Assembly: GCA_043823645.1 (NCBI GenBank)
Contig: JBDRAO010000024.1
Coordinates: 1-48,704, forward strand
DNA: 48,704 nucleotides
Origin: a bacterium
GTDB taxonomy: Bacteria > Patescibacteriota > WWE3 > JBDRAO01
Direction: 5' to 3'
Shown here in pieces: positions 7,296 through 14,976 of the stretch. The translations under genes were made by a program, and so were the position numbers. Positions within the stretch are counted from its first letter, which is position 1. Each line of letters starts with the position of its first letter. The notes beneath the pieces are model-generated. The model was not told the origin of the DNA, ran no database searches, and was given only the letters and a program-made list of their open reading frames with translations.

Positions 7296-8921
7296 TTACA
7301 TCCCCATACCGCCCATGGGTGGAACTTGAGGAGTTGGGGGAGCTTCTTTTTCAGGCTCGTCGGTCACCAGAGCATCTGTAGTTAGCACCATTAAGCTTAC
7401 CGAAACAGCATTTTGAAGAGCGCTTTTAGTCACTTTGGCAGGGTCTATAATACCTTTTTCCACCATATCCCCAAATTTTAGCTCCATAACATCGTAGCCA
7501 AAATTGGCATCAGAGCGGTTTATAATCTCCCGCACCACCCAGCCGGCATCTACTCCCGCATTCTCAACTATTTTTCGAAGGGGCATTTCTAAAGCGGCTC
7601 TTAAAATATCGGCCCCAATCTTTTCCTCACCTTTGAGATTTAAGTTATCTAACGCCTTGGCGGCGCGCAGTAGGGCCACCCCGCCTCCGGGCACAATACC
7701 TTCTTCTACCGCCGCTCTTGTTGCCGAAACGGCATCCTCCACTCGATGCTTTTTTTCTTTAAGCTCCACTTCGGTGGCCGCGCCAACATTGATCACTGCC
7801 ACCCCGCCGGCCAGTTTGGCCAACCTTTCCTGCAATTTCTCTTTGTCCCAATCGCTGTCGGCCTCTTTAATTTGGCGCTCCAAAAGGGTAATGCGTCCTT
7901 CAATGGCTTTTTTATCTCCCTTGCCGCCAACAATTACCGAAGTATCTTTATCGGCCACTACTCTGTCTGCCTGACCTAGGTCCGAAACTTGGGTATCTTT
8001 AAGCTCACGCCCCAACTCTTTGGAAATTACCTTGCCTCCGGTTAAAATAGCCAGATCCTCCAGCATTTCGGATCTACGGTCCCCAAATCCCGGGGCCTTA
8101 ATGGCAATGGCATTAAAGGTACCGCGCAGTTTGTTAACCACCAAAGTAGCCAAAGCCTCGCCCTCAACATCATCGGCAATAATCACAAAATCCTTGGTCA
8201 CTTTAACTAAACTCTCTAAAAGGGGAAGGATTTCTTCCATAGAGGCAATTTTCTGATCAGTAATAAGAATGTGGGGGTTGGTAATTTCCGCCTTTAAAGT
8301 GTCAGGGTTAGTGACAAAATAGGCGGAAGCATAGCCCTTGTCGAGCTCCATGCCTTCTTTGTATTCCACACTCAATTCCAATCCCTTGGATTCTTCCACT
8401 GTCACCACCCCATTGGCGCCTACTTTTTCCAGAGCTTCGGCAATTTTATTGCCTATTTCGCTGTCGGCCGCAGAGATAGTGGCAATGGCCGCCTTCTCTT
8501 GCTTGGTACTAATCTTTTTGGCGCTCTTTTCAAGTTCGCTAACCACCGCGTCGCGCGCCTTTTCCAAGCCCCGGCGTAAGACCATGGGGTTGGTACCGGC
8601 AGTAACATTTCTTAGGCCATTGTCCACCAAGGCTTGAGCCAAAAGTGTGGCAGTAGTGGTGCCGTCTCCAGCCACATCGTTGGTCTTACTGGCGGCCTCT
8701 TTTACCAATTGGGCTCCCATATTTTCAAACGGGTCGGCCAACTCTACTTCTTTGGCAACCGTGACCCCATCGTGAGTCACGGTGGGAGCGCCCCACTTCT
8801 TGTCCAAGGCCACATTGCGCCCTTTGGGACCTAAAGTAGTCACCACAGCCTTGGCTAACTTATCAACTCCGCTTTTTAGTTTTTCTCTCGCTTCTTGCGA
8901 GTAAACAATTTGTTTGGCCAT
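7296..8921 (-). CDS. groL: Chaperonin GroEL
   Basis: 541 aa. [14 protein letters not shown] and a C-terminal GGMGM tail. Confidence 0.97.
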   Translation of the reverse strand: MAKQIVYSQEAREKLKSGVDKLAKAVVTTLGPKGRNVALDKKWGAPTVTHDGVTVAKEVELADPFENMGAQLVKEAASKTNDVAGDGTTTATLLAQALVDNGLRNVTAGTNPMVLRRGLEKARDAVVSELEKSAKKISTKQEKAAIATISAADSEIGNKIAEALEKVGANGVVTVEESKGLELSVEYKEGMELDKGYASAYFVTNPDTLKAEITNPHILITDQKIASMEEILPLLESLVKVTKDFVIIADDVEGEALATLVVNKLRGTFNAIAIKAPGFGDRRSEMLEDLAILTGGKVISKELGRELKDTQVSDLGQADRVVADKDTSVIVGGKGDKKAIEGRITLLERQIKEADSDWDKEKLQERLAKLAGGVAVINVGAATEVELKEKKHRVEDAVSATRAAVEEGIVPGGGVALLRAAKALDNLNLKGEEKIGADILRAALEMPLRKIVENAGVDAGWVVREIINRSDANFGYDVMELKFGDMVEKGIIDPAKVTKSALQNAVSVSLMVLTTDALVTDEPEKEAPPTPQVPPMGGMGM

Positions 8922-8926
8922 ATTTC

Positions 8927-8980
8927 AAAATTAAAGATTAAAAAGCAAAGAGCAAAGATACAGAGTATATCTTTAATTTT
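8927..8980. repeat. Rep-F copy 3: solo hairpin element in the groES-groEL spacer
   Basis: Perfect 12-bp inverted arms aaaattaaagat and atctttaatttt (8927-8938 / 8969-8980). The interior matches Rep-F copy 1. Confidence 0.7.
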
Positions 8981-8993
8981 TTCTATTTAAATT

Positions 8994-9287
8994 TTAATCT
9001 TGCTCGACTACGGCGAGCACATCTTCCTCCTTAACAATCAACATCTCTTTGCCATCTAATTTAACATCATTGCCGCCCCACTTTTTGTACAACACTGTGT
9101 CGCCCGCCTTAACTCCCAGGGGGATAGTTTTACCTTCATCGGTTGTTTTGCCGGGGCCGCAAGCCACCACCTTACCCTGCTGGGGCTTTTCTTTGGCTGT
9201 GTCGGGAATTAGAATACCGGAGGCAGTCTTTTGCTCGGCCGCCAATGGTTCTATGAGAATGTTGTCTGTTAAAGGTTTAAGTTTCAT
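8994..9287 (-). CDS. groS: Co-chaperonin GroES
   Basis: 97 aa. MKLKPLTDNILIEP...GKVVACGPG...GDTVLYKKWGG. Confidence 0.95.
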   Translation of the reverse strand: MKLKPLTDNILIEPLAAEQKTASGILIPDTAKEKPQQGKVVACGPGKTTDEGKTIPLGVKAGDTVLYKKWGGNDVKLDGKEMLIVKEEDVLAVVEQD

Positions 9288-10185
9288 ACAGTTTACTGGG
9301 AGTTACCCCTGCCCTTTGGCAGTTCTGTTTATACAACGACAAGATACCACTTGTCAAGTCTTTGGGGTGGAGAAAGAGCTGTTTGGGGTGGCCTCCAGCC
9401 CTTCCGCCCAAAGATGTTTTATTCGCATGTACGGGCTTGCCAGCTAACTTCAATTTAGAAGTTATTCTCTGCAAGCCCTCGACAGCAAAAATGCGAGAAC
9501 CACTAACAGCATTTTTGCTGGCGACATGCTCTAAAACACTTTGGCCCGGATGGGCCGGCGGCTGTGCAGACTCCACAAAATTAGGCAAAAACTCCAAAAT
9601 CCACCGGTTGGCAGACAGAAATTTTTGGTAATACTCCCCCTTGTCAACCAAAGGCTTTACCCGGGCAATTTCTTGGGCCACAAATAAATTCTGGCGCTCC
9701 TTGGGCATTGAAAGGCTCTCTTCCTCAAAAAAGATATTAAAGCAAGCGAAGGTCTTAATAGGTCGTATATGACTTATAAGACCTATTAAAGGGTGGTAGC
9801 GACTTCTACGCTTCAGGGTTAGCGAAAATAGAACAGTGAGCCCAAGCCGAACCAAAAAAAGCCCACCCTGGCGAGTAATTACCATAAAATCGGCATCGGA
9901 AGTTTCCTTGGCGCCTCCGGCCGCCAAATCTCCGGTCAAAAAAACCGCCCTGACACCAGGCATCTTACTCGCCAGTACAGCCAATCGATTTGCTGTACAA
10001 AGTTTTTCTACCAATAAAGCAGAGGGAACTTGTTTTTTAGGACAGTGCCTTACAAAAGGCCTTAAATCGGGTAAGGAGCATTTAGTTCCAATAAGGTACC
10101 GGTAGATTTCTTCCTGCGAGGGGGAATAATTAAAAATCTCAAAGTAACAAAAGGTGCGTTTAACGGCGGACTTAAGGCTTGTCAT
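9277..10185 (-). CDS. Nucleotidyltransferase-fold domain protein (function unknown)
   Basis: 302 aa. VFLTGDLAAGGAKETSDADFMVIT resembles the GS-x-A-x-G...SD-x-D minimal NTase signature. Carries Rep-B in frame. Confidence 0.45.
   Translation of the reverse strand: MTSLKSAVKRTFCYFEIFNYSPSQEEIYRYLIGTKCSLPDLRPFVRHCPKKQVPSALLVEKLCTANRLAVLASKMPGVRAVFLTGDLAAGGAKETSDADFMVITRQGGLFLVRLGLTVLFSLTLKRRSRYHPLIGLISHIRPIKTFACFNIFFEEESLSMPKERQNLFVAQEIARVKPLVDKGEYYQKFLSANRWILEFLPNFVESAQPPAHPGQSVLEHVASKNAVSGSRIFAVEGLQRITSKLKLAGKPVHANKTSLGGRAGGHPKQLFLHPKDLTSGILSLYKQNCQRAGVTPSKLYET
9328..9357 (-). promoter_or_regulatory. Sigma70-like promoter for groES-groEL
   Basis: The minus strand reads TTGACA, 18 nt, TATAAA, about 40 nt upstream of the groES ATG. 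It lies inside the 3' end of the upstream ORF. No CIRCE inverted repeat was seen. Confidence 0.4.
9751..9789. repeat. Rep-B copy 1 (ggtcttaataggtcgtatatgacttataagacctatt), in frame in a CDS
   Basis: Nested inverted arms aataggtc/gacctatt and ggtctta/taagacc. Related copies at 25465-25494 and 37993-38026. Confidence 0.65.
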
Positions 10186-12055
10186 TGGCTGTATCTTTCG
10201 CTATAACCGGGTGAATATCAACCTCCGGCTCGACCTCTTTGTCGGCGCGCGCCGAAGCCGCCATCTCCACCAACTCCTGCGGCTTGGTGGTAATAAGGTT
10301 GTGCTCTTTGGGAGAAGCCACCACCTTTATAGCCACATGGTTAGAGCCGGCAAAAAAGAGGCCCTCGCCCACATCGGCCGAAAGCAGGAACCGCTTTTCC
10401 CCCTCACTCAAATAGAACACCTCGCCCAGCTTGTCAATGGCCGCGGGGTGCTGTTTGAAAAGAATTTGCAAAGAGGCGTTTTTTACAATAGCCCAGCCAT
10501 ACTCATTGTTCAAAAAGTCTTCCACATCTTGGGTAATGGTAGTGAGCCCCAAATAATATTTTCTGGCTCGCTTGGCAATAGAGTACAAAAACATAGCCGA
10601 ATCGGGATACTGCATAAGATACCAGGCCTCATCTACCACCAAAATGCGCTTTTTCAACTGCTTTTTAATGCGAGTCCAAATAAAATCCAACACAATATAC
10701 ATTGCCGTGGGGCGCAACTTATCTTCCAAATTACGAGTGGAGAAAACGGTAAAGGGGTTGGTAATATCCACCGTGGATTGTTCGGAAAAAATGCCGGCCA
10801 AAGAGCCTTTAATATACGGCTCCAACTGCACCGCCATTTCCCGCGCCTCCGGCTCAATTTGCCCCAAAAGCACCTTGTACAAATCTTCCAAAATGGGGGG
10901 CTCCTTGTTTTGGGTGGCCGGCTCGGTGGTGATACCCTTGAGTTTGTAGGTTTGAATGAGAGCCTTATCGAGCACTGCCTCGGCTGAGGGGGTAATTTTC
11001 CCAAAAATTATCTTAAACAAGGTGTGAAGCGATAAAATTTTGGTGCCCAGCTCATTTTCCCCCTCCTCAAAAACTCCCGAGAGATCAAAGGGGTTTATTT
11101 TCTCTTTTGAGTTTTGCGAAAACTCAATATACTCGCCCTGGACCGACTCACATAACCGTTGGTATTCCTGCTCCGGGTCAATGACCAAAACCTCGGCCCC
11201 AAACATTAGCATACGAGCCGCCTCCAACTTTACAAAGTAAGATTTGCCGGCTCCCGATTTGGCAAACACCACCGAGTTGGCATTTTCCAAACCAAACCGG
11301 TCAAAAATTACCAGGGAGTTATTGTGCTCATTAATGCCATATAAAATCCCCTCGTTGGCAGTCAGCTCCGAAGAGGTAAACGGAAAGGTGGTGGCAATTG
11401 AGGTGGTATCCATATTGCGGGTAATCAAAAGCTTATCGGTACAGGTGGGTAAGGTGGTTTTAAAACCTTCTTCCATTTGCAAGGTGGCGTGCTTGGCAAT
11501 GAGCATTAGTGATCCCATGGTGGACTCAATTCTTTTGGAAATATTGTTAAGTTCATCTAAGGTGGGGGCAGAAATGGTGACATAAAAGGAAAATTGGAAA
11601 AAGCGTTCCTCGCCCTTAACCAACTGCTCCTGCAAAGATTTGGCATCCTCCAAGGCAGCCTTAACAGCCGGATCAACCACCCGCCTTCTTTCGATATCGC
11701 TTGATATGGTCACTTCCATCTCGGCAACTTTACGGCGCAGATCATCCAGCACCCCTTTGGCTTTAACTGGGTAGTAAAACATAGAAACATCGATGCTATG
11801 TTCAAAATTGATTATCGGTGAGAGCCAGTTGGCGCTCACAAACCTCGGGTAGCCGGACACAAACAAGGTGCGGTAATACAAATCGCCTATTTTAATATTG
11901 TCAAAGTCAATCTCGATTGAGGGGGGAGCAATAATGTCTTTTAAGTTAAAGCTTCCTTGTTCTAAAACCTCGGCGGCCGAAGGTTCGGACACCGGCTTAA
12001 TATCTTCCAAGGAGGCGACTTCTTTCTTTTTTGCAAAAGGAAGGTTTAGTTTCAT
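10172..12055 (-). CDS. virB4: VirB4/TraE-type T4SS ATPase
   Basis: 627 aa. Walker A is FAKSGAGKSYF and Walker B is RILVVDEAW. The N-terminal APPSIEIDFDNIKIGDLYYRTLFVSGYPRFV is typical of Gram-positive VirB4 homologues. Confidence 0.8.
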   Translation of the reverse strand: MKLNLPFAKKKEVASLEDIKPVSEPSAAEVLEQGSFNLKDIIAPPSIEIDFDNIKIGDLYYRTLFVSGYPRFVSANWLSPIINFEHSIDVSMFYYPVKAKGVLDDLRRKVAEMEVTISSDIERRRVVDPAVKAALEDAKSLQEQLVKGEERFFQFSFYVTISAPTLDELNNISKRIESTMGSLMLIAKHATLQMEEGFKTTLPTCTDKLLITRNMDTTSIATTFPFTSSELTANEGILYGINEHNNSLVIFDRFGLENANSVVFAKSGAGKSYFVKLEAARMLMFGAEVLVIDPEQEYQRLCESVQGEYIEFSQNSKEKINPFDLSGVFEEGENELGTKILSLHTLFKIIFGKITPSAEAVLDKALIQTYKLKGITTEPATQNKEPPILEDLYKVLLGQIEPEAREMAVQLEPYIKGSLAGIFSEQSTVDITNPFTVFSTRNLEDKLRPTAMYIVLDFIWTRIKKQLKKRILVVDEAWYLMQYPDSAMFLYSIAKRARKYYLGLTTITQDVEDFLNNEYGWAIVKNASLQILFKQHPAAIDKLGEVFYLSEGEKRFLLSADVGEGLFFAGSNHVAIKVVASPKEHNLITTKPQELVEMAASARADKEVEPEVDIHPVIAKDTANDKP

Positions 12056-12732
12056 ATTTTACCTTGCACCATTACTCTTTCGCGATCGGACGGATCGCCG
12101 ATTTTTTGAAACCTTGATATTTGAGGGTTATAGGCGGCGTAGAAAAGTTCCACTAATTCCTGGTTTTGCATCTGGCGCGCGCCAATGCCAATACGGGCAA
12201 ATTGCTTAATGAGGTGATCTCTTTTGGGCTCCAATTCCAACAAAGCTTTTTTAACCAAGGTTTTTTGCGGCATTAAAAACTTAGGCTGGGGCTCGCGGTT
12301 TCTTAACCAATCTACCGGCGACTGTTTGGGCTTTATAGAAACGGAATTGTAGGGAATGGTTACAAAAAACTTTTTATCTAAAACATCGTTTTTAGCCACA
12401 ATTTGCTTGATATACTCTTCGTATTCTTTAATCTCGGCTATTCTTTTTTGGCTTGGTTGTTTGGTTTTTTCGCTTGACAGCCAATTGAGGTACTGGGAAA
12501 TATCCATTCGTTTGCTTTTTATGAGAATTTGCACCTGGAAAGAAAGGGAATTTAAAAGACTGCCATAGGCGTCAATGGCGGCGTCCTGCTCTCTTTCAGA
12601 CAAGAGGTCAAAATTTACCGCCGACACAGTCAGCAGGAGCCTTACCCCGCCATCTTTGAGTATTACTAAGCCATCGCGAATGGTTTCAATGTCCAAATGA
12701 TTTTGGGTGGTAGTTTTTACAGCAGTCGGCAT
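12052..12732 (-). CDS. T4SS-associated protein resembling the VirB4 N-terminal domain
   Basis: 226 aa. LDIETIRDGLVILKDGGVRLLLTVSAVNFDLLSEREQDAAIDAYGSLLNSL follows the same pattern as the N-terminal region of VirB4/TraC-type proteins. Shows 4-nt stop/start overlap with virB4. Confidence 0.4.
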   Translation of the reverse strand: MPTAVKTTTQNHLDIETIRDGLVILKDGGVRLLLTVSAVNFDLLSEREQDAAIDAYGSLLNSLSFQVQILIKSKRMDISQYLNWLSSEKTKQPSQKRIAEIKEYEEYIKQIVAKNDVLDKKFFVTIPYNSVSIKPKQSPVDWLRNREPQPKFLMPQKTLVKKALLELEPKRDHLIKQFARIGIGARQMQNQELVELFYAAYNPQISRFQKIGDPSDRERVMVQGKI

Positions 12733-12736
12733 TGTG

Positions 12737-13774
12737 TTAAGAAGCTTTAGCCCTTATCTCTAAGGGGGGCAATTTCTCGCCCTTAAGACTTATTTTAATA
12801 GTATCAAAATTTTCACCATCTTTCCTCACTTCCACTAAATAGTCACCGTTTTCAAGCGAGGTGGTAATTTGAAAACGGCCCAAAGCATTGCTTTTTAGGG
12901 CTCTAACAGGGTCGCCATCGGGCTCTTTAATTACAATAACAGCGCCATCTACCAGCTTGCCTTTCTTGTCGAAAACTATGCCATGCACCGTATTTGGTTT
13001 GGTTTCAAAAACAGGCTGGGGCTTTTCTGCCACTACCTTTTTTGGCGCCGGTTTGTTTTTAATACGGGGCGCGCCGGGTTCTTTTCGTACTACCACTGGC
13101 GGTTCATAAGATTGGCGCGATTCTTCCCGCTGGGTTTTTTTGGCAACCTCCTCTACCTGAAAGAAAGGCTCTTTCTTAGAAGGCGGTGAGGAGGGCCCTG
13201 CCACGGTAGACACAAAAGGGGCGGCCAACGGCGCCGCCGAGGGAGGCGGCTCGGGAGAAGTATCTTTTTTCTCCAAAGAAAAGTCTAGGGATCTAATAAA
13301 ATCTTCCCGCCTTTTTTCCAAAGGATCGCTATTCTCGTGAGACACTCTTTCCAAAACTTCGGTAAGCTCTACTTTTTTATCGTAGCGACTGGTATCTTTT
13401 GACACCACCGGCGCTTCGGCTAAAAACTCATCTAAAACTTGCATAAATTTAGGGTATTGGGGGGCCTTGCGCCACACCATTATTACCGGGGAAAAAAGCG
13501 CCTTGATAAAGCTTTTAATCCAAATGTCTAAACCCCTATCTTGAATGGGCACAAAGGCCATACCCACCCCAAGGCCTATACAAATAAACACTAAAAGCCA
13601 GCGCCAAATAAAGTAGAGGCCGGATTTGTAGGCAATAAAGGCAGAAACCGCTCCCACTGCCACATAGCCAAACTGCTTAATGGTCAGTTCCCCTATTAGC
13701 TTAAACTCCACATTCATTATGTTTTGGGGAACAGGGTGTTGTTTTGAGGTTCTGTAAGAACTGGTGTCGGGCAT
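12737..13774 (-). CDS. PrgI-family (VirB3-like) membrane protein with C-terminal carboxypeptidase-regulatory-like beta-sandwich
   Basis: 345 aa. HPVPQNIMNVEFKLIGELTIKQFGYVAVGAV plus two TM helices is PrgI-like. A Pro/Lys-rich linker follows. The C-terminus VHGIVFDKKGKLVDGAVIVIKEPDG...GDYLVEVRKDG is CarboxypepD_reg-like. Confidence 0.5.
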   Translation of the reverse strand: MPDTSSYRTSKQHPVPQNIMNVEFKLIGELTIKQFGYVAVGAVSAFIAYKSGLYFIWRWLLVFICIGLGVGMAFVPIQDRGLDIWIKSFIKALFSPVIMVWRKAPQYPKFMQVLDEFLAEAPVVSKDTSRYDKKVELTEVLERVSHENSDPLEKRREDFIRSLDFSLEKKDTSPEPPPSAAPLAAPFVSTVAGPSSPPSKKEPFFQVEEVAKKTQREESRQSYEPPVVVRKEPGAPRIKNKPAPKKVVAEKPQPVFETKPNTVHGIVFDKKGKLVDGAVIVIKEPDGDPVRALKSNALGRFQITTSLENGDYLVEVRKDGENFDTIKISLKGEKLPPLEIRAKAS

Positions 13775-13806
13775 ATTCCTTAAATACTACCACGAAAATA
13801 TTAGGT

Positions 13807-14220
13807 TCAGTTATCAAGTGCGTAGTTTAAAAGAGAGTCGGCTTCTTGGTTTTTCTCCCGCGGAATGTGGTTGTAAGTCACCTTGGCAAAGTTTTTTTCT
13901 AAGCTTTTAACTTGGGTTGCCAAAACAGCCAAACGGGCTTCTTTTATTTTCCACCGACCCGATAATTGCTCCACCACCAGTTTGGAATCTAAAAAGGCTC
14001 TTATTGCTTTGTCCCTGGCATTCCCAAAACCGGTAGCTCTTTGCAAACCTGCCATAATACCGTGATACTCGGCTTCGTTGTTGGTGGCCACTCCAATTTG
14101 CAAGCCAGCCTGGGCCAAAGTTTTGTCGCTTAAATCCTTGATAACATATCCTACCGCCGCCGGACCTGGGTTGCCGCGCGCGCCACCATCACTGTAAATC
14201 AGTAGTGTATCCTTTTTCAT
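13807..14220 (-). CDS. rnhA: Ribonuclease HI
   Basis: The likely start is MKKDTLLIYSDGGARGNPGPAA (ATG 14220; the track extends to 14247). NNEAEYHG and KNQEAD are catalytic-motif-like. Confidence 0.8.
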   Translation of the reverse strand: MKKDTLLIYSDGGARGNPGPAAVGYVIKDLSDKTLAQAGLQIGVATNNEAEYHGIMAGLQRATGFGNARDKAIRAFLDSKLVVEQLSGRWKIKEARLAVLATQVKSLEKNFAKVTYNHIPREKNQEADSLLNYALDN

Positions 14221-14241
14221 AAAGCACCAAACTATCCCTCT

Positions 14242-14265
14242 ATCCAACTATTCGAATAGTTAGAT
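14242..14265. repeat. Rep-E copy 2 (atccaactattcgaatagttagat)
   Basis: One mismatch from the 6327-6350 palindrome. Intergenic, between rnhA and the Wzz-like gene. Confidence 0.75.
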
Positions 14266-14270
14266 AATGA

Positions 14271-14804
14271 TTAGTTCAGGTATTCTTTAATTGCTATAGC
14301 AAATAATCCTACCCCCAACCCCCCTAAAATCCCTACCAACAAGGTCAAAATTATGTTTGCCGTCACGGCTGTCACCTCTCTGGAACCAGCCACCTCCACA
14401 AGCTTTACAGCCGGATCGCCCGCCAGGGATAATTCTTCAAAGGTTTGGGCGAGCTTGGCGGTGAGATCTAAAAGTTCGGGCTCGCCTATATCTTTTCCCA
14501 CCAAAGCCACCTGCACCAATTGCTCGCTTTTGCGAACCACCTTGCTGGCTTTAAACTCCCGCGCCAATCCTACCAAAGTATCGGTATAGTGATATGCTGT
14601 CTGCTGGGCGTGAAAACCGTCATAGGCGTAGTAATCGTCTTGCGGTTCTTGGGCAGTACGAGTCACAAAAAAAAGCGCCCTCGCTTCATAAATGGGGTGG
14701 GGGCGAAGGAAAAGATAACCACCGGCAATAAAAAGCCCTATTACGCCAAAAACAACCACCAACCGCCAACTCTCTTTAAGTTTTTGCAAAACCTGTTTTA
14801 ATTC
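14271..14804 (-). CDS. Wzz/chain-length-determinant-like bitopic membrane protein
   Basis: ELKQVLQKLKESWRLVVVFGVIGLFIAGGYL at the N-terminus and a second TM helix at the C-terminus. The start is uncertain: GTG 14804 is proposed, while the track ATG 14885 adds an implausible Cys/Arg-rich extension. Confidence 0.4.
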   Translation of the reverse strand, partial: ELKQVLQKLKESWRLVVVFGVIGLFIAGGYLFLRPHPIYEARALFFVTRTAQEPQDDYYAYDGFHAQQTAYHYTDTLVGLAREFKASKVVRKSEQLVQVALVGKDIGEPELLDLTAKLAQTFEELSLAGDPAVKLVEVAGSREVTAVTANIILTLLVGILGGLGVGLFAIAIKEYLN

Positions 14805-14976
14805 CACAAGTTTATAGTACCAAACTTTGGCTGTGTTACAATAAACACAAGGACGAAAGCGTGAAACATAAAGGCGAAGGCGCACTGTTTTACGCCGCGA
14901 GGACTGTTTGACGAGCGGAGCGAGGAGTTCCGTAGCAAGTAAAACAGCTTGCGCCGAGCCTTTTGTTGCTACTACA

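Noticed and set aside
7504-8834. Several plus-strand ORFs (156, 77, 78, 99 and 66 aa) within groEL.
   Set aside because: They are antisense shadows of a highly conserved gene. They are Ser/Ala/Leu-rich with no start context.
9288-9400. Looked for a CIRCE (TTAGCACTC-N9-GAGTGCTAA) heat-shock operator upstream of groES.
   Set aside because: No such inverted repeat is present. Only a sigma70-like TTGACA/TATAAA pair and a small ctgcc-aaa-ggcag hairpin were found.
10154-10987. 277-aa plus-strand ORF, plus other ORFs, overlapping virB4.
   Set aside because: They are antisense to a CDS with clear Walker motifs. They are Leu/Arg/Gly-rich low-information sequence.
14908-14976. N-terminal extensions proposed by the ORF track for metG (14908), the helicase (21113), rnhA (14247), the FHA-like gene (5691) and the small protein (18108).
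   Set aside because: In each case a downstream ATG aligns with the conserved N-terminus of the family or has a proper RBS. The extensions run through repeats or promoter regions.
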